NCBI GenBank assembly: GCA_043788685.1
Contig: JAYVTP010000023.1
Coordinates: forward strand, 1 to 36,190
Direction: 5' to 3'
Origin: Pseudolysobacter sp.
GTDB taxonomy: Bacteria; Pseudomonadota; Gammaproteobacteria; Xanthomonadales; Rhodanobacteraceae
DNA: 36,190 nucleotides
The translations under genes and the position numbers were made by a program. The notes below the pieces were generated by a model. That model was not told the DNA's origin. It searched no databases and saw only the letters and a program-made list of their open reading frames with translations. Every line of letters starts with the position of its first letter. Positions within the stretch are counted from its first letter, which is position 1. Positions 9,169 through 18,836 of this stretch are shown here, piece after piece.

Positions 9169-9185
9169 ACGTTATAACGTCTCGT
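9169..9185. promoter_or_regulatory. Candidate Zur-like box upstream of the metal uptake operon
   Basis: Perfect palindrome ACGTTATAACGT (9169-9180) containing the GTTATAAC core seen in Zur boxes, about 60 bp upstream of 9240; the second half of a full box is degenerate. Confidence 0.4.
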
Positions 9186-9239
9186 CCTTGCTGACGAATA
9201 GCGCCACTTCTGGCGTGCTGACAACTACCGGGATTCTCG

Positions 9240-10649
9240 ATGAAAAAATCGCTGTTCGCATGGTGCGTGGCTACCGCACCGATCGCGTGTGTACTGTCCG
9301 CGCCGGTCATGGCCGCGGATGCAACCACCGCCGCGCAGTTGCAGGCGCTCGATATACGTATTCGCGCGCTGGAAGTGGAAGGCCAAAAGTTGCGCGAGCA
9401 AACCGCCTCAGCTCTGGCGGCGGCTGATGCGGCGCGTGCCGAACTCGAAAAAATGAAAGCCGCGCAGCAGTCCGAGCAGGCATCGACACAGCAAAGTGCC
9501 GCGATGGCGAATGTTTCCGCGCCGACGGAATCGTCCGGGCCTTCAGCGGGTGGCGCCAATGGCAACGCGTTCAATCCGGCGATCGCCGTGATCATGAACG
9601 GCTTGTACGGACATCATTCGCTGAATCCCGATCATTATGTGCGCGCCGGGTTTCCGCTGGTCGGTGGCACCGGGCCGGGCAAGCAGGGCCTGTCGCTCGG
9701 CGAGAGCGAGCTATCGTTCGCGGCGAATATCGACGACAAATTCTATGGGCAGCTCACGCTGAGCTACGACGATGATAACGGCAAGATTGGTACCAGTATC
9801 GAAGAAGCCTATATCGATACGCTAACCTTGCCCGATGGTTTCAACGTGCGCGCCGGGCGCTTTTATTCCAACATCGGTTACCTCAACAGTCATCATACAC
9901 ACACTGACAATTTCGTCGATCGGCCGCTTGCGTATCAGGCGTTTCTCGGCAACCAATACGGTGACGATGGTGCGCAAGTACGCTGGGTCGCGCCGCTGGA
10001 TTTTTTCCTCGAGCTCGGCGGTGAAATTTTTCGCGGCGAAAGTTTCCCGACCGCCGGCGCCAATCAAGGCGGTGTAGGCACACACACCTTGTTCGCGCAC
10101 GCCGGCGGTGATGTCGGCACCGATAATTCGTGGCTTGCCGGCGTGTCTGTGCTGAAGGCAAAAACATCGTTGGCGGATGATGGATTCAGCGGTGACAACA
10201 CCATGTACGTCGCCGATGCGACTTGGAAATGGGCGCCGAACGGCAATACCAAGGATGGCGGTGTCACAGTGCGCGGCGAATATTTCCTAGACCGGCGCGA
10301 CGGCACGTACGCATTACCGGCGGATGCAACGCTGGATTTGACCAATCCGTTGTTGAATCAACCCTGGGTTGGCGATCGACGTGGCGGTTATGTCGAGGCG
10401 GTGTATCGCCTGAATCGCGTATGGGATCTTGGTTATCGTTTCGACAAACTCTGGGCGCCGAGCAGTGGCCCGTTCGCCACCGATTTCGATCCGGTACGGC
10501 ACAGTCTTGAACTCACCTGGCGCAACAGCGAGTTCAGTTTTTTCCGCCTGCAATATAGCCATGACGATCCGACCCGCACCACTACCGACAACGCGATTTA
10601 TCTGCAATACGACGTCAGCCTCGGCGCCCACGGTGCGCATAAGTTTTAG
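9240..10649 (+). CDS. Outer-membrane beta-barrel protein associated with Zn/Mn uptake
   Basis: Signal peptide, coiled-coil N-terminus, NAFNPAI motif, His motifs LNSHHTH and C-terminal LGAHGAHKF ending in Phe; adjacent to a ZnuA-like gene. Confidence 0.8.
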   Translation: MKKSLFAWCVATAPIACVLSAPVMAADATTAAQLQALDIRIRALEVEGQKLREQTASALAAADAARAELEKMKAAQQSEQASTQQSAAMANVSAPTESSGPSAGGANGNAFNPAIAVIMNGLYGHHSLNPDHYVRAGFPLVGGTGPGKQGLSLGESELSFAANIDDKFYGQLTLSYDDDNGKIGTSIEEAYIDTLTLPDGFNVRAGRFYSNIGYLNSHHTHTDNFVDRPLAYQAFLGNQYGDDGAQVRWVAPLDFFLELGGEIFRGESFPTAGANQGGVGTHTLFAHAGGDVGTDNSWLAGVSVLKAKTSLADDGFSGDNTMYVADATWKWAPNGNTKDGGVTVRGEYFLDRRDGTYALPADATLDLTNPLLNQPWVGDRRGGYVEAVYRLNRVWDLGYRFDKLWAPSSGPFATDFDPVRHSLELTWRNSEFSFFRLQYSHDDPTRTTTDNAIYLQYDVSLGAHGAHKF

Positions 10650-10681
10650 GCCGCTGCATACGAACTACAACGAGAGTACAA

Positions 10682-11578
10682 ATGAACAAGTTCGCATTTT
10701 TCACATTGTTGCTTTTTACATTTATCGCACCGAACGCGCATGCGCTGAACGTGTTTGCGTGCGAGCCCGAGTGGGGCGCGCTGGTGCATGAACTGGCTGG
10801 CGATGCGGTGACGGTGGATGTGGGCACCACCGCGCTGCAGGATGTGCACGTGATCGAAGCGAAACCGAGCCTTATCGCCAAGGTGCGCCGCGCCGATCTG
10901 GTGGTCTGCTCGGGTGCGGATCTGGAAATCGGCTGGTTGCCGCAGCTGATCCGCCAGGCCGGCAATTCGAAGGTTGCGTCGGGCCCGGGTTATTTCATGG
11001 CCGCGGATCAGATCGTTACACTGGAGAAACCATCCAAGCTCGATCGCTCAGAAGGCGACGTGCATCCGCAGGGCAATCCGCATTTCCAGCTTGATCCGTA
11101 TCGTGTGCTGGCGGTCGCCAAGGCGGTGGATGTGCGTCTGATTGAGCTTGATCCGAGCAAGGCGGCGGTTTATCAACAGCGTCTGGCCGATTTCAGTACA
11201 CGCTGGCAGGCGGCGATCAAGGTCTGGGAAACCAGGGCGGCGTCGTTGAAAGGACGCAAAGTCGTCGTGCATCACGGCAGTTGGATCTACCTGCTGCAAT
11301 GGTTGGGCATGACCGAAATCGGCGCGCTCGAGCCCAAGCCCGGCGTGCCACCGACCAGCGCGCATCTGGCCAGCCTGATCGATATCACCAAGAGCGGCAA
11401 CACGCTGGCGATCCTGCGCGCGGCGTATCAGGATCCCAAGCCGGGCGACTGGTTATCCGAACATACCGGTGTGCCGGCGATCACCTTGCCGTTCACTGTC
11501 GGCGGCGATGACAAGGCCAAGGATCTGTTCGGCCTGTTCGACTCGACCATCGACAAACTCCTCGCGGTGGTGAAATGA
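10682..11578 (+). CDS. Metal ABC transporter substrate-binding protein (ZnuA/TroA family)
   Basis: QDVHVIEAKPS, GADLEIGWLP, GDVHPQGNPHFQLDP, LEPKPGVPPTSAHL. Confidence 0.92.
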   Translation: MNKFAFFTLLLFTFIAPNAHALNVFACEPEWGALVHELAGDAVTVDVGTTALQDVHVIEAKPSLIAKVRRADLVVCSGADLEIGWLPQLIRQAGNSKVASGPGYFMAADQIVTLEKPSKLDRSEGDVHPQGNPHFQLDPYRVLAVAKAVDVRLIELDPSKAAVYQQRLADFSTRWQAAIKVWETRAASLKGRKVVVHHGSWIYLLQWLGMTEIGALEPKPGVPPTSAHLASLIDITKSGNTLAILRAAYQDPKPGDWLSEHTGVPAITLPFTVGGDDKAKDLFGLFDSTIDKLLAVVK

Positions 11579-12366
11579 ACTGGGAAGGACTCGAGCTAAG
11601 CATTCTCGGGCCGGCGTGTCTTGCCGGCCTGTTGGTGTTGTCGACGCATGTGCCGCTTGGCCAGCAAGTGCTGGCGCGCGGCATCATTTTCATCGATCTG
11701 GCGATCGCGCAGGTTGCCGCGCTCGGCGTGATCCTCGCGCAATATCTCGGCATGGACGAGCAGGGTTACGGCGTCGAGATCGCCGCAGCGATTGCCGCCT
11801 TGATCGGCGCCACCTTGCTGACCTGGACCGATCGCAAGTGGCCGGATTATCAAGAGCCGCTGATCGGTACATTGTTTGTGCTTGCGGCCACCGGCAGCTT
11901 GTTGCTGCTGGCGAACAATCCGCACGGTGGCGAGCATCTGAAGGATTTGCTGGTCGGCCAGATTCTATGGGTCAGCATCGGTCAGTTGATTCCGGTCGCG
12001 GTGTTGTCGGCCGCATTGCTCACTGCGATGTGGTTCCGGCGCGGACGTTTGTCGGGCCTGCTGTTCTACGGTTTATTCGCGCTCGCGATCACCGCATCGG
12101 TGCAACTGGTCGGCGTCTATCTGGTATTTGCCAGCCTGATCGTACCGGCACTGGCGACGGTCGGCATCGCAAAAACATCGCGCCGACTGGCGCTGGCATA
12201 CGTGATCGGCGCATGCGGTTATGTCTCGGGCCTGGTGTTATCGGCGGTGCTGGATTTGCCGAGCGGCGCGATGATCGTCTGGACACTTGCCGGCTGCGGC
12301 ATTCTGGCGCGCGTGCTGATGCGTTCTGGCCTTGGATCACGCACCAGCGCCGTCGCTTCGGTTTAG
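11575..12366 (+). CDS. Metal ABC transporter permease (ZnuB/ABC-3 family)
   Basis: Highly hydrophobic; RGIIFIDLAIAQVAALG, LLVGQILWV, VQLVGVYLVFASLIVPA; ATGA overlap with the binding protein. Confidence 0.9.
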   Translation: MNWEGLELSILGPACLAGLLVLSTHVPLGQQVLARGIIFIDLAIAQVAALGVILAQYLGMDEQGYGVEIAAAIAALIGATLLTWTDRKWPDYQEPLIGTLFVLAATGSLLLLANNPHGGEHLKDLLVGQILWVSIGQLIPVAVLSAALLTAMWFRRGRLSGLLFYGLFALAITASVQLVGVYLVFASLIVPALATVGIAKTSRRLALAYVIGACGYVSGLVLSAVLDLPSGAMIVWTLAGCGILARVLMRSGLGSRTSAVASV

Positions 12367-12626
12367 CCTTTGAAGCTGGCTGGGATGGTGGACGGCGCGA
12401 TTGCGCCACTGTCGCGGCGAGTAATTCTGTCAAATATTCCATCGGATTGTCGCCAGCCGATAGCCATCCAGCGCGAGAGTCAGTAACATCGACGTTTCGG
12501 CTGTCGCGCGTGCCTGCTTTGAGTCAGGTCGCGGCCGCCGGGTCATGCCGGGCACGCCCCGCGATTGCCTTGGCGGCAATCGTGTGGAGACTCTGCCGGG
12601 GCTGGATAACACCTGGAGAACGTTGA

Positions 12627-13682
12627 ATGATCCGTCTGTTAGAATTTGTTGTTGCGATCGTGATCGTAGTCATATTGGCTGTGCTGTTCGGCGTTGCGTT
12701 ACCGAATCACGGTCATATCGAGCGCACGCTCGAAATCAGCAACCCGGCACGTCAGGTATATGACTCCATCGATGGGTTCAGCACCTATCCGAGCTGGAGC
12801 GCATTGAGCAGCTACGATACCGCTGTGAAGTTCACGCCATCCGGCCCGGTAAGCGGCAAGGGCGCCAAGATCGATTGGGCCAGCACCAGCCCGCAGATCG
12901 GCAACGGCAACCTGACGATCGATTCGGATCAGCAGGATACGCAGGTCAAGATGTTGCTCGAAAACGACTGGAAGGGCTTGAACAAGGCTTATACCATCAA
13001 TCTCGCGCCGACCCAGAACGGCAAGACCGTCAAGATTACCTGGGCTTACGATGCCGATTACGGCTGGGATCTGCTCGCACGTTACTCGGGTCTGTACCTT
13101 GAAGGCGATCCGGCTGCGCAAATTCAGTTGAACCTTGGCAAGCTGTCCAACACGCTCGCGACCGTGCCGCTGGTGGATTACAAGGATACCGTCATCGAGA
13201 TTGCCGATGTCGTGGCCAAGCCGGTGCTCATGGTTTCGACCAGCGCCAAACGTTCGCTCGATGAAGTGGCCGACGCCACCGACAAGGCCACCGGCCTGAT
13301 CAACGACGTGATCAAGAAAAACAAGCTCGTAGCGAACGGCCCGCGCACCACCGTCACCACCAACTGGGGCGACGATACCTACAGCTTCGACGTGCTCGTG
13401 CCAGTGGATCGCAATGACATCAACTTGCCTGAGGAAAATCCGGTCAAGGTCGCGAACAGTTTCGCCGGCAAGGCGCTCAAGAATACCTTCACCGGTTCGC
13501 CGGCACAGTTGCCGCTGGTACGCCTTATGCTCAAGGCGTATGCATTGACTCATGGCTACAAGTTCGACGACACCACCGAAACCGGCACGGGCCGATTCTT
13601 TGATGAACTCACGACCAGCGATCCGGCGGCAGCCGACGATCAGCAATCGTTCAACGTTTATCTGCCGATCCAGACGCAATAA
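12627..13682 (+). CDS. Membrane-anchored SRPBCC (polyketide cyclase-like) protein with C-terminal GyrI-like ligand-binding domain
   Basis: N-terminal TM anchor, LPNHGHIERTLEI...YPSWS...SGPVSGKGAKIDW typical of SRPBCC; C-terminal half resembles a GyrI-like domain. RBS GGAGA upstream. Confidence 0.75.
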   Translation: MIRLLEFVVAIVIVVILAVLFGVALPNHGHIERTLEISNPARQVYDSIDGFSTYPSWSALSSYDTAVKFTPSGPVSGKGAKIDWASTSPQIGNGNLTIDSDQQDTQVKMLLENDWKGLNKAYTINLAPTQNGKTVKITWAYDADYGWDLLARYSGLYLEGDPAAQIQLNLGKLSNTLATVPLVDYKDTVIEIADVVAKPVLMVSTSAKRSLDEVADATDKATGLINDVIKKNKLVANGPRTTVTTNWGDDTYSFDVLVPVDRNDINLPEENPVKVANSFAGKALKNTFTGSPAQLPLVRLMLKAYALTHGYKFDDTTETGTGRFFDELTTSDPAAADDQQSFNVYLPIQTQ

Positions 13683-13703
13683 ATGTTGTTGCATTGATTC
13701 AGG

Positions 13704-13734
13704 CAGGGCGGCTTTCGGGCCGCCTTTGTTTTTT
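13704..13734 (+). terminator. Rho-independent terminator
   Basis: GGCGGC-tttcgg-GCCGCC stem followed by TTTGTTTTTT, about 20 nt after the 13682 stop. Confidence 0.85.
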
Positions 13735-13870
13735 GCGGCGAAAGATTTTGCAGGCGCGGGAACTTTTTGCAAAATATGTTGTAAATTCTCCGGTCGGCAT
13801 GCTTTGCGTGGTAGGCGCACCGTGCCAGAAGCCGCTGTTATCTCGACGAACAACCCATGGCGATACGACG

Positions 13871-14809
13871 ATGATAGAAACCCGACAACTCACCAAACGC
13901 TATGGCGAATTCACCGCCGTGAACAACATCAGTTTCAAGGTCGAACCCGGCCAGGTGCTCGGTTTTCTCGGCCCGAACGGCGCTGGCAAATCCACCACGA
14001 TGAAGATGATCGCGGGGTTTCTCGCGCCGACCAGTGGCGGCATCAGCGTGTGCGGCTTCGATGTGCAGAAGCAATCGATCCAGGCCAAGCAGACGATCGG
14101 ATATCTGCCCGAAGGTGCGCCGAGCTACGGCGAAATGACGCCGCGAAAATTTCTGAGTTTCATCGCCGATGTGCGTGGGCTCAAGGGCAAGCATCGCGAG
14201 CAGCGCCTCGATGACGTGATCGAGCGCCTGCATCTGAACGCAGTGCTCGATCAGTCGATCGAAACCTTGTCGAAGGGTTTCAAGCGTCGCGTCGGCCTGG
14301 CGCAAGCGATCCTGCACGATCCGCAGGCGTTGGTGCTGGACGAACCCACCGACGGCCTCGATCCGAACCAGAAACACGAAGTGCGCGCACTCATCAACGC
14401 GATGGCGCGCGACAAGATCATCATCATTTCCACGCACATCCTCGAAGAGGTGCACGAAGTCTGCAATCGCGCCATCATCATCGCGCACGGCAAGGTGCTG
14501 GCCGATGCCACGCCGAGCGAACTCGAAGCGCGCTCGCGTTATCACCAGGCGGTTTCGTTGACCACGAGCAGCGTCAGCGCCACACGCGAAGCACTGAGCC
14601 GCATTGCCGACGTCGAGGCGGTCGAAGTCGATCCGCAGGATCACCGCATCACTGCGTTTCCAAAACCCGGCCGGCAGATTTTTGCCGCGGTCAGTGAGCT
14701 GGTCAAAGCACAGGGAATTCCGGTCAGCGAGCTGCAACTCGAAAGCGGCCGGCTCGATGAAGTGTTCCGCACGATTACCCAAGGCGAGCAGCAGGAGGCA
14801 GCGGCATGA
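13871..14809 (+). CDS. ABC transporter ATP-binding protein (GldA-like)
   Basis: Start ATG 13871 (MIETRQLTK); Walker A GPNGAGKST, signature LSKGFKRR, Walker B LVLDEPT, H-loop STHIL. Confidence 0.95.
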   Translation: MIETRQLTKRYGEFTAVNNISFKVEPGQVLGFLGPNGAGKSTTMKMIAGFLAPTSGGISVCGFDVQKQSIQAKQTIGYLPEGAPSYGEMTPRKFLSFIADVRGLKGKHREQRLDDVIERLHLNAVLDQSIETLSKGFKRRVGLAQAILHDPQALVLDEPTDGLDPNQKHEVRALINAMARDKIIIISTHILEEVHEVCNRAIIIAHGKVLADATPSELEARSRYHQAVSLTTSSVSATREALSRIADVEAVEVDPQDHRITAFPKPGRQIFAAVSELVKAQGIPVSELQLESGRLDEVFRTITQGEQQEAAA

Positions 14810-15540
14810 ATACGATCGTGACTCTTTTCAAACGCGAACTCGGCAGTTATTTTGCCACGCCGGTCGCGTATGTCTTTATCGTGATCTTTCTGGCGCTGGC
14901 CGGTGCATTCACATTTTATCTCGGCGGTTTTTACGAGCGTGGCCAGGCCGATCTGCAGCCGTTTTTCAATTTCCATCCGTGGTTGTATCTGTTCCTCGTG
15001 CCGGCGGTTTCGATGCGCATGTGGGCGGAAGAACGCAAGAGCGGCACGATCGAATTGCTGCTGACCTTGCCGGTGACGATGTGGCAGGCGGTGTTCGCGA
15101 AATTCCTTGCGGCGTGGGCGTTCATCGGCATCGCCTTGTTGCTGACATTTCCGGTGTGGATCACGGTGAATTATCTCGGTTTGCCCGATAACGGCGTGAT
15201 CTTCGCGAGTTATCTCGGTAGTTTCCTCATGGCTGGCGCGTTTCTCGCCGTTGGTTCGTGTATTTCTGCGGCGACACGCAATCAGGTCGTCGCGTTTATC
15301 CTTACGGCTGCGCTGTGTTTTCTGTTCCTGCTTGCCGGCACGCCGCTGGTGCTGGATTTTTTCCGCGCATTTTTTCCGCAAGGCGTGATCGATGCGATCG
15401 CGGGCTTGAGTTTCCTGAGTCATTTCACCTCGATCAGCAAAGGCGTGATCGATCTGCGTGACATGATTTATTTCCTGGCGACGATCGGCTTCTGGCTGTA
15501 CGCCAATGCAGTGGTCATCGACCTCAAGAAAGCCGATTGA
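14806..15540 (+). CDS. ABC-2 type permease (GldF-like)
   Basis: KRELGSYFATPVAY...SMRMWAEERKSGTIELLLTLP...GVIDLRD; 6 TM segments; ATGA overlap. Confidence 0.92.
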   Translation: MNTIVTLFKRELGSYFATPVAYVFIVIFLALAGAFTFYLGGFYERGQADLQPFFNFHPWLYLFLVPAVSMRMWAEERKSGTIELLLTLPVTMWQAVFAKFLAAWAFIGIALLLTFPVWITVNYLGLPDNGVIFASYLGSFLMAGAFLAVGSCISAATRNQVVAFILTAALCFLFLLAGTPLVLDFFRAFFPQGVIDAIAGLSFLSHFTSISKGVIDLRDMIYFLATIGFWLYANAVVIDLKKAD

Positions 15541-15553
15541 GGAGAGAACAAAA

Positions 15554-17410
15554 ATGAATAATCGACGACTTCTTACCAGCAGCGCACTCGCCATCCTGGC
15601 CGTGCTGTTCGTGGCCGTGGTGCTGCTGAGCAATACGCTGTTCCGTGGTGCGCGCCTGGATCTCACCACCAATCATTTGTACACACTCTCGGAAGGCACC
15701 AAGAAAATTCTCGGCGAAATCGACGAGCCGGTGCATCTGTATTATTTTTTCTCGGACAAGGGCACGCAGAACAATCAGGGTTTGCGCACCTACGCCACGC
15801 GCGTGCGTGAAATGCTCGATGAGATGGCCGCGCGCGCTGGCGGCAAACTCAAGCTCGATGTGATCGATCCGCTGCCGTATTCGGAAGACGAAGATCGCGC
15901 CACCACACTCGGTCTGCAGGCGATTCCAGTCGGGCAGGGTGGCGAGAACCTGTTCTTCGGCTTGGCCGGAACCAACTCGACCAACGGCAAGGCAACGATT
16001 CCGATTCTCGATCCGGCCAAGGAAGAGTTTCTCGAATACGACGTGGCCAAACTCATCCATGGTCTGGCGATCAGCAAGAAACCGATCGTCGGCATCGTCA
16101 GCAGTCTGCCGATCAGCGCTGGCTTTGATCCGAGCACACGTCAGATGCGCGATCCGTGGGCGGTGCAGCAGCAGCTCGATCAGTTGTTCGATGTGCGTCA
16201 GCTCAGTGCGCCGTCGCTGAAAACGATCGACCCCGACATCAGCGTGCTCGTGCTGGTGCACCCGAAGGATTTGACCGACGATGCGTTATACGCGATCGAT
16301 CAATTCGTGTTGCGTGGCGGTCATCTCGCGGTGTTCGTCGATCCGATTGCGGAGAGCGAGCAGGTGCCGTCCGATCCGAGCAATCCGGCCGCGGCGGCGA
16401 TGGCGAACAAGTCATCCGATCTGCCGAAACTGTTCAAGGCGTGGGGCGTTTTATACGATCCGAACAAGGTCGTGCTCGACCGCACCTATGCATTGCAGAT
16501 TTCGACCGCGCAAGGCGCGCCGCCGATCCGCCATGTCGGCATTCTCGGTTTCACCGGCGCATCGCTGAATCCCGATGACGTGACTACGGCCAAGTTGCAG
16601 ACCATCAACACCTCGAGCGCCGGATTTTTCCAGCTCGACAAGGACAGCCCGCTGAAACTGGTGCCGCTGATCCAGACCAGCAAGGATGCGACCACGGTCG
16701 CGACCGAGCGCTTCAAGATGCTGTCCGATCCGAAGCAATTGCTGAACGGCTACGAGCCGACCGGCCAGTTGTACATCGTCGCCGGGCGCCTGCAAGGCAA
16801 GTTCAAGAGCGCATTCCCCGAGAAAACCGGCAAGGAACATCTGACCGAATCGAAGGAAGACGGCCAGATTGTGCTGGTCGCCGATACCGACATGCTTACC
16901 GATCGGTTGTGGGTGCAGATGCAGAATTTCTTCGGCCAGAAACTCAGCAATGCGTTCGCCAACAATGGTGACTTTTTCATCAACACGGTCGATAACCTGA
17001 CTGGTTCGAGCGAGCTCATCAGCATTCGCGGTCGGGCGACTTCGCAGCGTCCGTTCACCACGGTCGAGCGCATCAAGCGCACCGCTGATGAGCGTTTCCG
17101 CAACAAGGAAACGCAGCTGCAGCAAGAGCTCAACGAAACCGAACGCAAGCTCACCGAATTGCAGTCCGGCAAGAGCAAGGATCAGGCGATGATCCTCTCG
17201 CCCGAACAGCAAAGTGAACTGCTCAAGTTCCAGAATCGCAAGCTCGAAATCCGCAAGGAGCTGCGCGGGGTACGACGCCAGATGGATGCAGATATCGAAT
17301 CGCTCGGCACGCGCCTGAAGATGATCAACATCTTCCTGATGCCGCTGCTGGTAATCCTGCTGGCGCTGGGTTTTGCGTGGTGGAAACGCCAGCAGCGCGC
17401 GGTCAATTGA
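15554..17410 (+). CDS. GldG family ABC auxiliary protein
   Basis: ATG 15554 after GGAGAG; RLDLTTNHLYTLSEGT, EYDVAKLI, YAIDQFVLRGG, NNGDFFINTVDNL...LISIR; N- and C-terminal TM anchors and a coiled coil. Confidence 0.9.
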   Translation: MNNRRLLTSSALAILAVLFVAVVLLSNTLFRGARLDLTTNHLYTLSEGTKKILGEIDEPVHLYYFFSDKGTQNNQGLRTYATRVREMLDEMAARAGGKLKLDVIDPLPYSEDEDRATTLGLQAIPVGQGGENLFFGLAGTNSTNGKATIPILDPAKEEFLEYDVAKLIHGLAISKKPIVGIVSSLPISAGFDPSTRQMRDPWAVQQQLDQLFDVRQLSAPSLKTIDPDISVLVLVHPKDLTDDALYAIDQFVLRGGHLAVFVDPIAESEQVPSDPSNPAAAAMANKSSDLPKLFKAWGVLYDPNKVVLDRTYALQISTAQGAPPIRHVGILGFTGASLNPDDVTTAKLQTINTSSAGFFQLDKDSPLKLVPLIQTSKDATTVATERFKMLSDPKQLLNGYEPTGQLYIVAGRLQGKFKSAFPEKTGKEHLTESKEDGQIVLVADTDMLTDRLWVQMQNFFGQKLSNAFANNGDFFINTVDNLTGSSELISIRGRATSQRPFTTVERIKRTADERFRNKETQLQQELNETERKLTELQSGKSKDQAMILSPEQQSELLKFQNRKLEIRKELRGVRRQMDADIESLGTRLKMINIFLMPLLVILLALGFAWWKRQQRAVN

Positions 17411-17422
17411 GGAAGCACGGAC

Positions 17423-18733
17423 ATGAATAACAAAACTCTGTTGGGCTTGGCTGCCGCAGCGCTGGTCGCGTTGCTGGTAGCGGTGCTGCTGAATCACTCG
17501 AACAAGCCGCTCAACGAAACCACCGAGCAGACGCGTTTCCTGCTGCCGGGCCTGCGTGAACATGTCAACGAGGTCAGCCAGATCACCTTGACCGGCGCTG
17601 ACAACAAGGCCATGGCGACGCTCAAGCGCGGCGATGCCGGCTGGACAGTAGCGGAGAAATCCGCCTTTCCCGCCGACCTGGCCAAGGTGCGCGAATTCCT
17701 GCTCAAGCTCGCTGATGCGACACTCATTGAGCAGAAAACCTCGAACAAGGATCGTTACGCCGAGCTCGGTGTCGAGGACGTTACGGGCAAAGATGCCAAG
17801 GGCGTGCTCGTGGAGTTGGCAGGGCTGACGCAGCCGGTCAGGCTGATCGTCGGCAACTATAACGGTGGCGGTGGCGGCGGCACGTTCGTGCGGTTGCCGA
17901 CCGAGGCGCAAAGCTGGCTGGCCAAGGGCAATATCACGGTCGAGAAATCCGCGCCGAACTGGCTGCGCCACGAACTCACCGACGTGCAGGCTGCGCGTTT
18001 TCGCGAAGTTGTCTTGACCGCGCCCGATGGCAAGGTATTGAAGGCAGCGAAAGCAGCGCCGGGCGACGTCAACTACAAACTTGCCGATGTGCCGAAAGGT
18101 CGCGAACCGAGTTCGGATTTCGCCGCCAACGGCCTGGTTTCGACGCTGTCGGGTTTGCGTTTTGACGACGTGCTACCAGCCAAGGATGCGGAGCCAGGCG
18201 ACAAAGTATACAAAGCGCATTATGTCGCCTACGACGGGTTGATTGTCGATGTGCAAGCGTGGGAAAAAGACGGCAAGGACTACGCGCGATTCAAGGCGAC
18301 GCTCGATGCGGCCGCTGCCGAGACGCAGATCAAGACCGATCAGGCCGTTGCCAAGACTCAGTTCGATGCGAAACAGTTCGATGCCAAACAAGCCAAGCCT
18401 GAAGCGAGCGACAAGACGATGGCCGATGCCAAGCCCGATGCGGCGAAGCCGGCGCCCGATCTCACGCCGCCGCTCGCGGTCAGCGACCCAGCCAAGGATC
18501 ATGCGGATCGTTTGGCGTCGATCAGCAAGGAAATCGCCGATCTGAACAAACTGTTCGATGGCTGGTCGTTCGTCTTGCCGGTATACAAGTTCGCCAATAT
18601 CAACAAGAGCATGGATGAAATGCTCAAGCCGCTCGACGATGGCAAGGGCAAACTCGATCCGAAAAATCCCGGCAAAAAACTCAACACGCTGGTTGGCCCG
18701 GGTGCGACGATGCCGGGCGGCAAATTACAATAA
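17423..18733 (+). CDS. DUF4340 domain-containing protein
   Basis: N-terminal anchor, WTVAEKSAFPAD...YAELGVED...TFVR...QSWL; usual position after GldG. Confidence 0.8.
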   Translation: MNNKTLLGLAAAALVALLVAVLLNHSNKPLNETTEQTRFLLPGLREHVNEVSQITLTGADNKAMATLKRGDAGWTVAEKSAFPADLAKVREFLLKLADATLIEQKTSNKDRYAELGVEDVTGKDAKGVLVELAGLTQPVRLIVGNYNGGGGGGTFVRLPTEAQSWLAKGNITVEKSAPNWLRHELTDVQAARFREVVLTAPDGKVLKAAKAAPGDVNYKLADVPKGREPSSDFAANGLVSTLSGLRFDDVLPAKDAEPGDKVYKAHYVAYDGLIVDVQAWEKDGKDYARFKATLDAAAAETQIKTDQAVAKTQFDAKQFDAKQAKPEASDKTMADAKPDAAKPAPDLTPPLAVSDPAKDHADRLASISKEIADLNKLFDGWSFVLPVYKFANINKSMDEMLKPLDDGKGKLDPKNPGKKLNTLVGPGATMPGGKLQ

Positions 18734-18836
18734 TGACGTTCGGGATTTGCTCGAGTCTCGGCAATTCGCGATACGGTGACGGCGAAATCGTCACCGTATC
18801 GATTCCTTCTTGAACAAGATCAGGCAACGAAACTTC

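Noticed and set aside
16451-17971. Long minus-strand ORFs (506 aa here; also 12699-13853, 13838-14782, 31307-32710, 33979-34899)
   Set aside because: These are antisense shadows of well-supported genes, common in high-GC DNA, with no motifs.
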